Shown here one piece after another: positions 11,735 through 24,217 of a stretch of 64,000 nucleotides of DNA (its first letter is position 1; each line of letters starts with the position of its first letter). This stretch comes from Fonticula alba ATCC 38817 (lineage: Eukaryota; Protista; Nucleariida). The stretch is taken from NCBI GenBank assembly GCA_000388065.2, contig KB932211.1. One strand, 5' to 3'. Below the pieces are notes generated by a model, which was not told the DNA's origin, did no database searches, and saw only the letters and a program-made list of their open reading frames with translations. The position numbers were made by a program, and so were the translations under genes.

Positions 11735-14235
11735 ATGGACTTCTCCACGCTGCCTGACCGTAGCCGGATGGTTAACGCCAACGGCGAGCGGCTTCGGACT
11801 GTGCAATTTGCCCAGGTTCGTTTTCTCCGGTGGCCGGTCCGCGCACGCCAACATTTCCCTCGGCATGCCTCACCTAACGCCTGCTCTCGCCGCCGCCCAC
11901 CGCCGCCCCCCCCCCCCTGCCGGTAGATCGTCATCGGCTCGCCCGGGTCCGGCAAGTCCACCTACTGCGATGCGGCTCTCCGCCTGCTCAAGAGCATTGG
12001 ACGGTATGTCCTGCCGCTGTACCGCCGCCCCTCTCCCCCCCCCCCCCCCCGGCCGGATGGTGACGGGGAGCCCGTCCGCCGCANNNNNNNNNNCGGCCGG
12101 ATGGTGACGGGGAGCCCGTCCGCCGCAACTCACCTACCCCCTCGCCCTCCCCTCTCTGAACACCGGTCCTCCCTCCTGGCTCCGGCGGGCACAGACCGAC
12201 GGCATATGTCAATTTCGATCCGGCCATCGGGTACGAGGCGACCGAGGACACCGAGGGCCTCCTTGCACAGGCGGACCTGGACATCCGCGATCTGGTGGAC
12301 TTGACCAGCGTGCAGGATGAGTTCGCTCTCGGGCCGAATGGCGGGCTCATCTACTGCATGGAGTACATCGCCGAGAACATTGACTGGGTCTTGATGAAGA
12401 TTCGCTCGCTGGAGGGTGCGTGCTCGGGCGCCCGCCCAGGCAATGGGCAAAGACAAAGGAGGAGGGCCCGCATGCCCGGTCGTTGCGGTCTCTGTCCTAC
12501 TCGCGCACCCACACATGCTCCCATGAGCATGTCCACTGACGACGCCGCGTCACCCCAGCCGAGTACCTGTTGATTGACTGCCCCGGCCAGTCGGAGCTCT
12601 ACTCTTACCATGATGCCATGAACCGGATTTTGGACTGCTTCGAGAAGGCGCAGATTCGGGTGCGTACTCGCCGGTCGCCGCTGCCGGTCGCCGCTGCCGG
12701 TCGCCGCTGCCGCTCCGCGATCCGCCTCCCTGCTGACATTCTGTCACCCCCCCCCCCCCCCCCCCCCCGCCCCCCTGCTCACCGGCCTCAGGTTGTGGTG
12801 GTCCATCTGTCCGACTCGCGGCACTGCTCAGACCGGTCGCGCTACCTGACCGCGGCACTTATCCCCTCGCTGCAGTCGATGCTGCACCTGGGCCGGCCGC
12901 AAATCAATGTCCTGGGCAAGGTGGACCTGATCAAGCGCCAGGAAATTGGTTCGTTCCGGTAGCGCGAAGCGGCGGCCGAGGGGGTGGGCATCTTGCCTTC
13001 TTCCTCTTCGCCTCTTGCTTTTTCCCCCCGCTCCGCCCTTTGGGTGGGGATTGGGGTGGCTTTCTTGGTCCGGCTCCATGCCGCACGTCGCTGACCGACC
13101 GCTGTCACTGCATTCAGATTATGGCCTTCCCTTCTTCCTGGCCCCCGAGGGGCTGGAGCGGCGCCTGGAGCTCCGAGCCCCGAGGCGGCGCCGGGCCCGC
13201 TCAAGGCGCGGGGCATCCTCCGCCGAGCCCCGGGCGGGCCTTGCCGGGCACCTGATTCCCACATCCGAGCATGGCGCCTCGCTGCCCATTCTCCCGAGTG
13301 TCACGAACACCATCCCCCCGCGGGCGGCTCGGGTGGAGGTCCGCTACGGCCCCGAGGAGGAGGAGGAGGAGGAGGAGCAGCTGCTTGAGGGCGAGGAGCT
13401 CCTGGGAACGCGGGAGCCCGAGCCCGGGGGCCACTTGGTGGCACCTGAGCCGTGCGATGCCCCCCCGGCGGCGGCCGCCCACCAGCCGGCGCCGGTCCTC
13501 CACGCGTACCCCATGATGCACCGGTCGCTATGCCGGCTGGTGGACGACCATGCGCTGGTGTCGTTCCGGCCGCTGTCGGTCATCTCGCGGCGAACCCTGG
13601 CCCGGGTGATCCACGCCGCTGACCGGGCCAGCGGCTATGTCTACCAGGACGGCACGGACCTGGGCCTGAGCCCGGAAGATGACCCGGATGACTTTGGGCT
13701 GGAGGACTTCGACGGCGAGGGGCCCGGCGGGGCGGCCGGCCCCCGGCCGGCGCCGGAGCAGGCTCGCGCCGCCGGTGGCCGGTCTGAGCTCTGGCGCCAG
13801 GGCGAGCATCTTCAGCTGGGCGAGGAGGAGGATGGTACGCATGACTGCCTGCGCGGGGGCCTGCTCCCCCCCCCCCTCCCATGTACATGTCGCGTCTCGC
13901 TCACACCTCCCCGACACACAGACTACTTCAACATGATGGACATTGTCGATGCCATGGCCGGGCACCAGCCGGCTGACGAGGGTCTCAGCCCTGCCGCTGC
14001 CCCCGCCATTGAGCCCCCGGTGTCAGGCAAGTTCATCATCCCCGGTGAAAGTCTTCAGACCGGGGCGGCCCCGCTGCGGTCGATTGGCTACACCGGCGGC
14101 TTCGCCCACATCCCGAGCGTCAACTCGGCCACTGCTCCCGCGACCACCGCCCCTGCGGCCACCGCTGCCTCCGGCGGCACAGCCGCCCCTCCCCCCCCAG
14201 CCTCCGATCCGCTGGAGGTCGACCTTTCGGACTGA
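11735..14235 (+). CDS. GPN2: GPN-loop GTPase 2, 7 exons
   Basis: Spliced product has FAQ|IVIGSPGSGKSTYC (P-loop), YVNFDPA, LGPNGGLIYCMEY (GPN loop), YLLIDCPGQSELY and PQINVLGKVDL. Donors at 11816, 12004, 12416, 12660, 12949, 13835. The paralog call (GPN2 rather than GPN1/3) rests on recalled motif similarity. Confidence 0.88.
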
Positions 14236-16502
14236 CGCGTGACCCTCCCCCAATAGACCATGTGCGAGCTCCCCATGCGTTGGCACTGGGATCCGGCGCT
14301 CCGCCATGTTGCCAGGCCAGCGCCAAGCGGATTGTGGGGTTTGCGCAGGCGCGACTCGGGCTGGGATTGGGGGGTTGCTCCTCCCCGCCCCCACCCCGCC
14401 CCCGAGGGGAGGGGCGTCCATGCGCGTCACCCACGCTCGGGCAAGGGGCTGCGCATTGCTTCGCTCTACAAGCAGCTGCGCCTCGGCCGGTCGCGCGCGC
14501 GCGCGCGCCCCTCCTCCTCCTCCTCCTCCGACCATCAAACCCACATACACCGGATGGCCCTGCTCTTGGGTGCCTGCCTCCTCCGGTGGGCTGAGCGCCA
14601 ACCGGGGCGGGCACGCATTCCCAATGCCGGGTGCGGGGGCGCATGCCCCGGGCGGTGCACTGTGGCCCACGGGGTCCGGACTTAAGTGCCACATCTTAAC
14701 AGGTGTCTCCCCCCCCCCCCCCCCCCGGGGGGAGGGGGCGGGGCAGGGGGCACACCGGACTGAAAGACGGGGGACCTGCCCGGGCACTTGGGGCCCGTGA
14801 ACTCGGGGGCTCAGGAGCTCGGGGAGAGGATGGGCGTGTGTATGTGTGCGATTGAGGGAAAGGGCTGGAAGGGGGGAGAAGCCCGGGCGCCGGCGCGGAT
14901 CACGCTGTACGCCTGCACCCCGGCGCTCGAGGGGCACCAAGCTCACCCCCTCGAACCCCCTCCCCGCTCTGCCTGATGTAGAGGCCCTCTTCGCCGCGCC
15001 CGTGGGTTATCACCTTTACGAGGAGGGGTCGAGGCATGCCTGCTATCTGCCTATCGGTGAGCGAATGTGAGGTAGCGCCGCCTCGGCGCTATCGGGGCCG
15101 CCCTATCCCGGACTGGCCCGCCCCCCAAACAGGGTATGATGTCCTTGTTGAGCGCGGGGGAAGGGGTCGGAGGAGGAGCCAAGTCAACCACGCCTCAGCT
15201 GGACAGCGGGGCCTGCCCGCCCGAGAACGGGTCCTGGCGCCCCCCGGCCGCCGCCCCGCCCCCGTGGAGAGTGCGCAATGTGGGTCGAATCATCGAGGGC
15301 GGGGGGGGGGACCGCGGCCGGTCGGCCTCTTCGAGCGAGAGCTGCTCGCTCCCGGCAGCACCGACCGAGGGCGACATCAATGTGTGTGCTTCGAGATGGC
15401 CGCTCCTCGCGGTGGCCCTCGCGTCTCAGGGGCGGCAACAAACGCCAGCCGGCCGGGGTGCCGGTGGCATTCTACGGTACCCGGCCAGGCCGGGAGGGGG
15501 GCCGGCGCGGGCGGGATCAAGTGCCGCGGGCGCGGCCCGAGGGCCTGCGACGGCCAACGTGGGGCAGATAAGATTGTGGGCGAGCGCGGGCGCGCCCCGG
15601 ATCTCTGGCCCGGGACCCGGTCCCAACGCGGGGTATCGCTCCCGGCCCGGGCCGAGCCGGCCCATTGTGAAAGGTACATGGCTTGCAGGTGGCCGGCCGA
15701 GGCGCGCACCATCGCCCACGCGCCGAGGAGGGCCCCTCCAAGCAAGTCGCAGGCAGGGCGCATCCCCAGTCTCCGGGGGAGGGGGGGCGGGGGCCGGTGG
15801 CCGGCATTATTACCGGTGACAAAACGCGCGGCCTCCCCTGCGCCGGGCCAAGATCCGCACTCGATCAGCTGAGGCCCCCGTCGCGGCCGCTGGCGCTTGA
15901 CTATGTAGCCGCATTCTTCTTGTCTCTCCCCCCGCCCGCGCCCCCCTCTTCCCCTCTGGCCATGTTGGGCGCGGGGTTTTCCGAGGGCGGGGGCAGCCGC
16001 GCCCCCGGTCGGCGCGGCCGATTGTGTGCTCCCCTTGCAAACCCCTCGCCCTCGGCGGTCCCAAAGCACATGGGTCAAGACACTTTGCATCCCCGGAGGC
16101 CAGCGAATGGGCCTCCTGCGCGCGGCTGACGGCGGAAGCACCGGGCCCCGGGAGCGAGGGCCGTTGCTGCGGCGGGGGGGGGGGGGGGGGGGGGCGGGGG
16201 GGGCGGGGGCCGCCAGGCGGGGCCGCCGGAGCCCCGGGCACGGGGCCGCACTCGCCGGGCGGCCTCTCGAGGGGGCCGCCGGCGACCGCAACCGGCGGCC
16301 CCCGGCCCATCGCCTCGTGTGTCTCTCGCTCGCCCCTGCAACCCGGCGAGCATAAACTGCGANNNNNNNNNNNNNNNNNNNNNNNNNNNNNNNNNNNNNN
16401 NNNNNNNNNNNNNNNNNNNNNNNNNNNNNNNNNNNNNNNNNNNNNNNNNNNNNNNNNNNNNNNNNNNNNNNNNNNNNNNNNNNNNNNNNNNNNNNNNNNN
16501 NN

Positions 16503-16552
<50 letters not shown>

Positions 16553-17235
16553 AGGTTAACCCGCAGAGGGAAGCACACTCGCGCCCCCGGGGGAGCCGCG
16601 GGCAACCGCATCTGAGACCAGACCCATGCGGGGGGCAGGAATATAAGAGCACCTCGTCAGCCAGCGGGAGGTACCTCAGCTCGCCAGATTGCTCCCCTCG
16701 CCACCCCTTGCTGTTTTCCAGGTATCCCCCACACGCGCCTCTTGTGTGCTGCTCCCCCGTCCCTCCCCTTTCCCCTCCCTCGCCCCTTTTGTTTTGGCAC
16801 ACCGCAGCCGCGCCTTGTGCGCGAGGCCGCCCGTGCATGCACACACGCAAGACATCCTTGCCCTGTGACCCTGCAGCCGGCACAGGATGTGCTTCTCCCC
16901 CGCCCTCCCCCCTGCGCCCCTCCTCGGGCTAGGCCAACCCGCGGGAGAGAGGGCCCCATCTTGTTGTGGGCAAAGAGCAATCAGCCCCCTCCCCGCGCAT
17001 CCTTCCACACTTTCTCCCTCCGTCCCGTGCCTGGACAATTGTCCACTAACACTCTTGCCCATCGGCCGCACATTTCCCGTGGATGAATGGCCCCCCGCCC
17101 ATGTGCAGATCCCCCAGGTTGGCAGGATCTCCTCTCCCCCACCTCCCCCTCCGTTTTCCCCCCACACGTCCACAGACACAGCCTGTGGCCTCCCTCTCCC
17201 CTGTGTGATCCCTTGACCGGATTGAAGCAGACACC

Positions 17236-17391
17236 ATGAGCTTCAAGGAGAAGGTCAAGAAGGTGCGTCTCGCGCAGGGTCCTCATCTTGCTGGCTTTTT
17301 AGTCCACAGAGGCGCCCGCCACCCAGCCCGAGATATGGTGAATGTGCATCCATGTTAACCGTGCCCGTGTATCCGGCCTTCCCCGCCTGCT

Positions 17392-17447
<56 letters not shown>

Positions 17448-20400
17448 GGCTATTTGCGGCCTGCTCTCGCTCGCGCTCGCGCTCGCGCTCCGGGCCGCCA
17501 ACGCTTCACACGACGCGTCCGCCTCCAGTGGGGCTACCGCAAGGCCGGTAAGCCCTACTCTTCTCATCCCAACACGGCCCCAACCATCGAGTTCCAGGCC
17601 CTGGAGATGGTGCGTGCCCCTTCCTTTCTCGCCGCATGCCCCCGCTGTGCCCGCCTCGCCTCGAGATGCGGCACATACCGGCTGGCGGCCGGTGCGCAGC
17701 CGAGACGGGGACCGCGGCAGGCAGGGCACCCTTTCCCCCACCACCCATGCACTCTTGGGCCTCTGGCCTGGCGACACCTCGGGGCTGGCCCTCGCCCGTG
17801 CCACCTGTGGCTGGCGCGCCTCACCCTACGGGATATGGCGTTTCTGCGCACTGACATCCATTCAATGTCCCCCACCCCTCCCCCTCGGCCAGATGACTGA
17901 GCGCAAGCAGGTTGTCCTGGGCAAGCTCAATGAGGAGGTCCGGAACTTCCTCCAGTCGCAGCGCTACCGGTCCAATGCCCTGCCGGACCTGTCCAACCAG
18001 CCGGGCCCCACCCTGCTGGGCCGGATGATGATCAACTGCGGCTGCGAGCTGCCGGAGGACTCCAACTACGGCAACACCCTGATCAAGGCCGGTGCGGCCA
18101 TGGAGCGCGTCGGCCATGTGATGGCCGAGCAGGAGTCCATCATTCGCGAGCGCTTTGTCCGGCCCCTGGTCAAGGTGCTGGATGAGGATGTCCGCCTGTT
18201 CGAGCACGAGCGCCGCAAGCTGGACGACCGCCGGTCGGAGTTCGAGTCGGCCCAGAACCACCTGAACGGCCGCCGCCACGACCTGGACGCCGAGACCAGC
18301 ATGATCACCGCGCGCAATCGCTATGAGCAGTCGCTGCGCGTGCTCCAGGACACCATGCTCCGGATTAACATGCGCGAGGGCGAGGAAATCGAGTCGACCC
18401 GCATCTTTGTGGAGACCCTGCGCGATGCGTATGCCTTCGCCGCGCACATCCTGGACGATGCGCTGCCGACCCTGGACGACCCGGATGTCCGCGGGCCGCG
18501 CATGTACCGGCCCCTGGCCCAGATGCCGCCGGAGACGCGCATCCGCCTGACGGCCGCCTCGCAGACGGCCCCCTACCAGCTGCAGATGCCATCCAACAAC
18601 AGCTATGTCTATGCTCTGGATGGCCCGACGTCGCCGCTGCGCCCGCTGGCCTCCTTCGAGGGGATGCCCTGCGCCGATCGGGCTTGCCCGCAATATGGCG
18701 TCCCCCACAGCTCGGTGTACCACCTGCCGGACCCGGCTGCCCACTTGGCCCTGAGCGAGCCGCTGGGCGCCGGCATGGGCAGCAGCGACCGCCGTCGGTT
18801 CCTGCACCGGAGCCGGCACTACTTCCGCAACCCGAATGTCGACCCGAACTCCGGCGAGGGCAGCAGCTCGCCGCGGGCCTTCCGCCGGTCGAGCTCCTCC
18901 TCCGGCGGTAGCTACGGCTCCTCCTCCTCCAGCAGCGGCCGTCGGACCTCCACCAGCGACATGGTGGACAAGCATGGCATCATGCCGCCGCCGGCGCCCT
19001 ACTCGCCGACCGTGCCGTTTGCCAGCATCCCGGGCACCACCGCCGGCATGATGGCCGGCGATCCGAACTCCGCCGGCATCACCTACGAGGGGATCGGCCA
19101 TGCATCCATGCTGGCCGGCGGCAGTGCTCCCACCTCGGCTCGCGGCGGCCGGATGGGCCACCACCCGCACCACCACCCGCACCACCACCCGCACCACCAC
19201 TCGCACCACCACTCGCACCATGGCATGGAGCCGCCCCTGTCGCCGACCTTCGACCGGCACATGGCGGCCGGGTCGATCCCCATGTCGGCCGGCCACTCCG
19301 GCATGCGCCCGGCCCACGGTGACACCTACAGCACCAGCAACACCATCCCCGGGCACCCGACCATGCGCGTGCACAGCGCGGTGACCGACGCCCCGGCGCA
19401 CATTCCCCTGTCGCCGTACGGGGCCACGGCCAAGTATGGCGGCGTGTCGGGCGAGCAGGCGTCCATGGCCACCCCGGCCGGCGGCCACCACCACCACCGT
19501 CACCACCACCACCATGGCGGCCACAAGCACCACCAGCATGAGCACCACTCCATCCACTCGGCCGGGGGGGAGATCATCCCGGTGCACTACCAGAAGCCCA
19601 TCGGTGCCGGGCGCCGCGTGACCCGGTCTACCAGCAGCATGAGCGGCACCAGCGCCCATGAGCAGCAGCACCACCACCACCAGCACCAACTCCACCGCGG
19701 GGGCTCGATGCACGGGCGCCCGGCCGGGGAGATGATCGTCGGCGGGGACCCCACCCTGATGGTGGACAACATCAGCATCAGCGGCGGTAGCCTGCATGGG
19801 CGCCGCCACGCGGGCAGCTCCTCCGGGAGCATGTCCCGCCGCCGGGACCTGTCCAAGGACATGGACAACATGCACCTGCACAGCCGGTCGGCCAGCACCG
19901 GCTCCGGGGCCGGCGCCACCGGCAACCACTATGCCCACCACCCGCGCTACCAGGTGGAGGAGTTCTCCGACGAGGACCTCGACGAGGTGCTGGAGATGGG
20001 CGACTTCTCCGATGACGATGACGACATCACCGGGGTCATCCAGTTCGAGCAGCAGCACTCCAACACCGGGGCCACCCTGTCCTCCACGCGCATGGCCGCC
20101 CGGTCGGACAGCGGCAATGTCATGTCGGTCTTCAACGAGACCAAGGCCTTCGACCCGGAGTCCGGCGCGCACTTCACGCACGACGAGTACATCCATGCCA
20201 GCACCGGCGCCGGGCGTCATGAGGACTCCTCGCGCGAGAACATCGTCATGATGGTCATGGCGGCCGAGCAGCGCGATGAGGATGCCGAACACATGGGCGG
20301 CTCCTCGGCCGCCGGCTCCGGCGGCATCCGCGGCGGCAAGCAGCGCCCCGCCGGTTCCTCCAACACCCGTTCCAGCCGCAACGGCCAGGGAAAAGTCGCG

Positions 20401-21195
20401 CGTGATGGGCTCACTTCCTCTAAGGGCACCAGTTCTGCTTCTGGTGGAGTCCCATCACTGCACAACACCCTTAAGCAGCAGCAGCAGTCGTCCTCGCACA
20501 TGATGGCCGGTGGCGCCTTTGAGGAGTACGAGTCCCAGCACATGTCGCAGCACCACCACCAGTCCCACGCTGGCGGAGCCGGCAAGGCGCAGCACGGTGG
20601 CAAGGGATCGGCCGCCCGCATGGGCGCCGGCCCGGCCGCCGGTCGCGACTTCAAGCTCCAAGGCACCGCCAGCGGGGAGAGCCCGATCATGACTAACACC
20701 GTGATCGTGGACTCCAGCGCCGCGCCGGCCAGCTTCGATGGCGGCAGCATGCACCACCACCACCAGTACCAGCAGCAGCAGACCAACAATTGGTCCTCCT
20801 CGCGGTCGGGCGGCGCTTCGCGCTCCCACGGCTCCCGCCGCACCACCAGCGGCAGCGCCCACTTGGCCGACTCCTACCACCAGGGGGGCTCCGCCTCCTC
20901 CTCGAGCATGATGAACCAGCGCTATGAGTTCTCCCCATCCGGCACCTCGCGGCACCAGCAGACCGGCGGCTCGTCGTCCATGCGCGGCGGCAGCGGCGGC
21001 CAGCAGCACTATGCCGCCGCCCGTGGAGGGAGGTCCTACGACCACTATGACACCATGACCGGTGACCATGGCGGCGGCGGCGGCGGCGGCGGCGGCCAGC
21101 ACCATCCCCAGATGTCGGCCGAGGGCCAGGCCCTGCGTGAGGCTCTTCTGGAGCAGGTCCGCAGCCACCCCTTCTCGCATGATGATCACCATTGA
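17236..21195 (+). CDS. Endophilin-like N-BAR domain protein with a long His/Gly/Ser/Gln-rich low-complexity tail, no SH3 seen; exons 17236-17262, 17529-17609, 17893-21195
   Basis: MSFKEKVKK amphipathic start. BAR helices (LLGRMMINCGCELPEDSNYGNTLIKAGAAM, RFVRPLVKVLDEDVRLFEHERRKLDDRRSEFE) resemble endophilin A GRELGDDCNFG and KKLEGRRLDFD. Two GTGCGT introns keep the frame. Confidence 0.8.
17387..17446 (+). repeat. (CTG)n microsatellite in intron 1 of the BAR gene
   Basis: About 20 CTG/TTG triplets read directly. Confidence 0.95.
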
Positions 21196-22431
21196 GTGTG
21201 GTGCAGGCGGGGGAGAGCCGGCTTGGTGTGTTCGTGCCGGAGCCGCGCGCCGCCACGGCGGCTGCTGTAGCCCCCCCCCCCTCTGGATGTGAGATAAGGG
21301 CGCATGTGTGCGGGGCGCGCCCCGCGCCATGTGCGCGTGGCTATGTGGAGAAGTGCACACGGGGGACCACACGTGTGTCCGTGTGCGACCCTGTCGCGTG
21401 CATGCGCCTCTCCCCCCCCCCCTCCCGCATCTCCCTCTCCCTGCGCCTGTGCTTTCCCCCCTCTACCAAGGGGGAGAGAGCGGCAGAGCCGCGCGGGGGG
21501 TCATGTGTGTGCGGAATGTGGGGGGGCGAGAGGGAGAGACATTCGGCGCGTGTGCGTGCGATGCACCGTGAATGTGCTTTTTTGTGTGGCACCAGGGGAG
21601 TACCTCGGCCCGGGGAGAAAGACGCGGAAGATGAGCAGGGGAGCGGTGGGGAGGGGTGCTGTGTGCCCCCGAGATGTGGCGGACCTCCCTCCTCCATCCC
21701 CCCCCCCCTCTTCCCTCTCTCCCTCTTGGGAGAATGAGCGAGAGAGAGGGGGTCGAAAGACAACAAAGAGACGGGACGTCCCTCCACGCTGTGGCAGACG
21801 ACAAGAGGGCCGTGCGCCTTGTGTGTGTCTCGGTGCCGCGTTGTGGGAGGGGATTGCCCCCCCTCTGCCACCCTTTTTTCCCCTCTCCATCTCGCCCTCT
21901 CGATGTCGCGCGCATGTACGGCCCCCTCTGCTGTCCTCCTGTGTGAGGGCGCGCGCGCACCTCACGTGTAAAAATAAATATGTGTTGCAAGACGAGTTGT
22001 CCCTCGCGCATACGGGGGGGGGGGGGGGGGGGGGACAGCCGGCACGGAGCCATCCGGAGGCAGGGGGGGGGGGGCGACAGCAGCCCGGGGGAGAGAGAGA
22101 GAGGGGGGGGGGGGGAAAATGCGGCTGGGGGGGGGGGGGGCCGGAGGGAGGGGGGAGGGGGGCGCCGGGGGGGGGGGGGGGGAACGTAATGAAGAGACGG
22201 GGGGCTTGGGACATATATGCGCCGACGGGGGAAGCGGGACGTGGGGGTGGGAGAGAGGGAGACTCACGGCTGGACATGGAGAGAGGGGAGAGTGTTATTG
22301 TGAAATGGGGGAGGGGGATCTATGCTGCTGGCTGGGACACAGCTGGGGCGGCAGGGGCCCCAGCCTGTGTGACATCCCCTGCAGGGGGGACGGGCCGGGA
22401 AAGGGAGAAAGATGGCAGGCGAGCAGGTGGC

Positions 22432-23642
22432 CTAGAAGCCAGCGGCATCGAAGGCCTTGGCCAGCTGCTCGGCGGCCTCCTTGCTGGCGACCGGCTTCTT
22501 CGGCAGGGCCACGGTGAAGACCACCTCCAGGAAGCCGCGCTCCGAAGCACCACCCTCGTGCACCGGCAGACCGAGCCCCGGCAGGCGCATGCGCTCATTG
22601 TGCTGGACCGGGGCGACGGTGGCCCCGGGGCCGGCCGGCTGCCGGGAGACCTTGAACTTACTGCCATCCAGGTGGGTGAACTCCTTGTCGAAGCCGAGGA
22701 GCGCCTCGCGCAGGGTCAGCTCCACATTCATCAGCAGGTGGGGGGCCTTCTTGATGGGCCGCTCGAAGAGGGGATGCGGCTCGGTGGATAGCTTGATGAG
22801 CAGGCTACCGGGCATGTGATCGGGGTGGAAGTCGGCCTGCGAGTCGAAGGTCTGCGTATGCCGGGGCATTGGGAGGGGGGAGGGATGAGTGTGTGTGTGT
22901 GTGTGTGTGTCAGAAGCTGCCTGTGTGAGGCACATCAGAAAGAGGAGGAGGAAGAGGAAGAAGAAGAAGGACACTCATGTGGGAGAACGGCTGGAGGGGG
23001 AGGGGGGAGGCAGCCAAACGCACCACCATGTGCCCGTCCGGCACGCCGGGCTCGACAGTCAGAACGATGCGACGCTCGCCGCGCTCAACGCGCTTGCCGC
23101 CGCACGCGGCACAGGTTTGGGTGATGACGCGGCCGCGGCCGGCGCATGAACGACACGTTTGCCGGCGCTGGATGAACATCCCCGGGGCCACTTGCTCCTG
23201 GCCAACGGTGGAGCCCTGGCCCTTGCAGACCTTGCATTCGCCCACATGCTCCGGGGACTTGGCCCCGGTGCCGGAGCACTTGGGGCAGGCGTGCTGCTGG
23301 TTCAGCAACAGCGGGATCTCCCGGCCGGAGAAGATGTCCGCCAGGCTGACTGGCACCTCAATGTAGGAGTCCGGGCCCTTGGGGATGCCACCGCGGGCCC
23401 CATGGGCGTGCCCATGGCCCTGGTTGTGACCGAACATGCCGCCGAAGAAGCCGAACGGATCCCACATGCCATCGCCACCGCCGCCCTGCTGCTGCTGCTG
23501 CTGCATCTTGGTGAGGCCCTCCTCGCCGTACTGGTCGTAGACGGCCTTCTTTTCGGGGTCGTTGAGGATCTCGTAGGCTAGGGGCGGGGAGGGGGGGGGG
23601 GGGGGGGGGGGGGTTTGGGGGGCGGGGGGGGGGGGGGGGGCG

Positions 23643-23702
<60 letters not shown>

Positions 23703-24217
23703 GGAAGGGATTAGCTGACGCCGTGAGGAGGGGCGGGAAAGGGGCAGGGGGAGGATTGCCGCCACATACCGGCATTAATTTGCATGTATAGCTCGGCGGC
23801 GGCGCGATCGCCGGGGTTCTTATCCGGGTGGTACTCGCGGGACTTGGCGCGGAAGGCTGGACACGGTGCGAAGGGCGGACAGGGAGCGGGGCGGGAATCA
23901 GCATGCGGACGGGGAGCGGGGCGAGCGGAATACAGGGCCGGGCAGCCATGGATGCGGGGCTCCTCCGGGCCGGCCTGCGGGCGCGCGCCGGCTCCAGGAC
24001 CCGCACGCGTGCCAGGCCCACCACAAGCAAACGCACCCTTCTTGATGTCGGCGGCCGAGGAACCACGGCTCACGCCAAGCAGCGCATAGTAATCTGCTCC
24101 CTTGGCCTGGGCGACGTCGGCCTGCAGGGCCAGCAGGGCCAGCATGCCCAGGACAAGGAGCACGCTCAGGGACAGCAGGCGCCTCGCGCCGCCGAAGGGC
24201 GACATTGTCAACGACAT
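22432..24217 (-). CDS. ER-type class I DnaJ/Hsp40 (Scj1/ERdj3-like) with signal peptide, 4 exons
   Basis: Hydrophobic leader (LLSLSVLLVLGMLALLALQA), J domain (DYYALLGV...YHPDKNPG...AYEILND), G/F-rich linker, four CxxCxGxG-type repeats (CPKCSGTG, CKVCKGQG, CRSCAGRG, CAACGGKR) and C-terminal domain (LTLREALLGF). Introns 24036-23857, 23769-23578, 23023-22852. Confidence 0.92.
23581..23705. repeat. Near-homopolymeric G tract (poly-C on the sense strand) in DnaJ intron 2
   Basis: About 125 nt that are almost all G. Confidence 0.9.

Noticed and set aside
12050-12127. Exact 34-nt direct repeat flanking a 10-N gap in GPN2 intron 2
   Set aside because: This is the pattern of overlapping contig ends joined by a placeholder gap, not a target-site duplication or a biological repeat.
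16503-16550. Pure poly-G run beside a gap, and other long G/C homopolymers, as functional G-quadruplex elements
   Set aside because: Homopolymer lengths next to gaps are unreliable in draft assemblies. Only their strand orientation is used as evidence above.
14260-17200. Many 60-300 aa ORFs between GPN2 and the BAR gene (e.g. 15136-15819)
   Set aside because: Arg/Gly/Pro/Ala-rich translations typical of GC-rich non-coding DNA, with no motifs or consistent splice structure. A small gene cannot be fully excluded.
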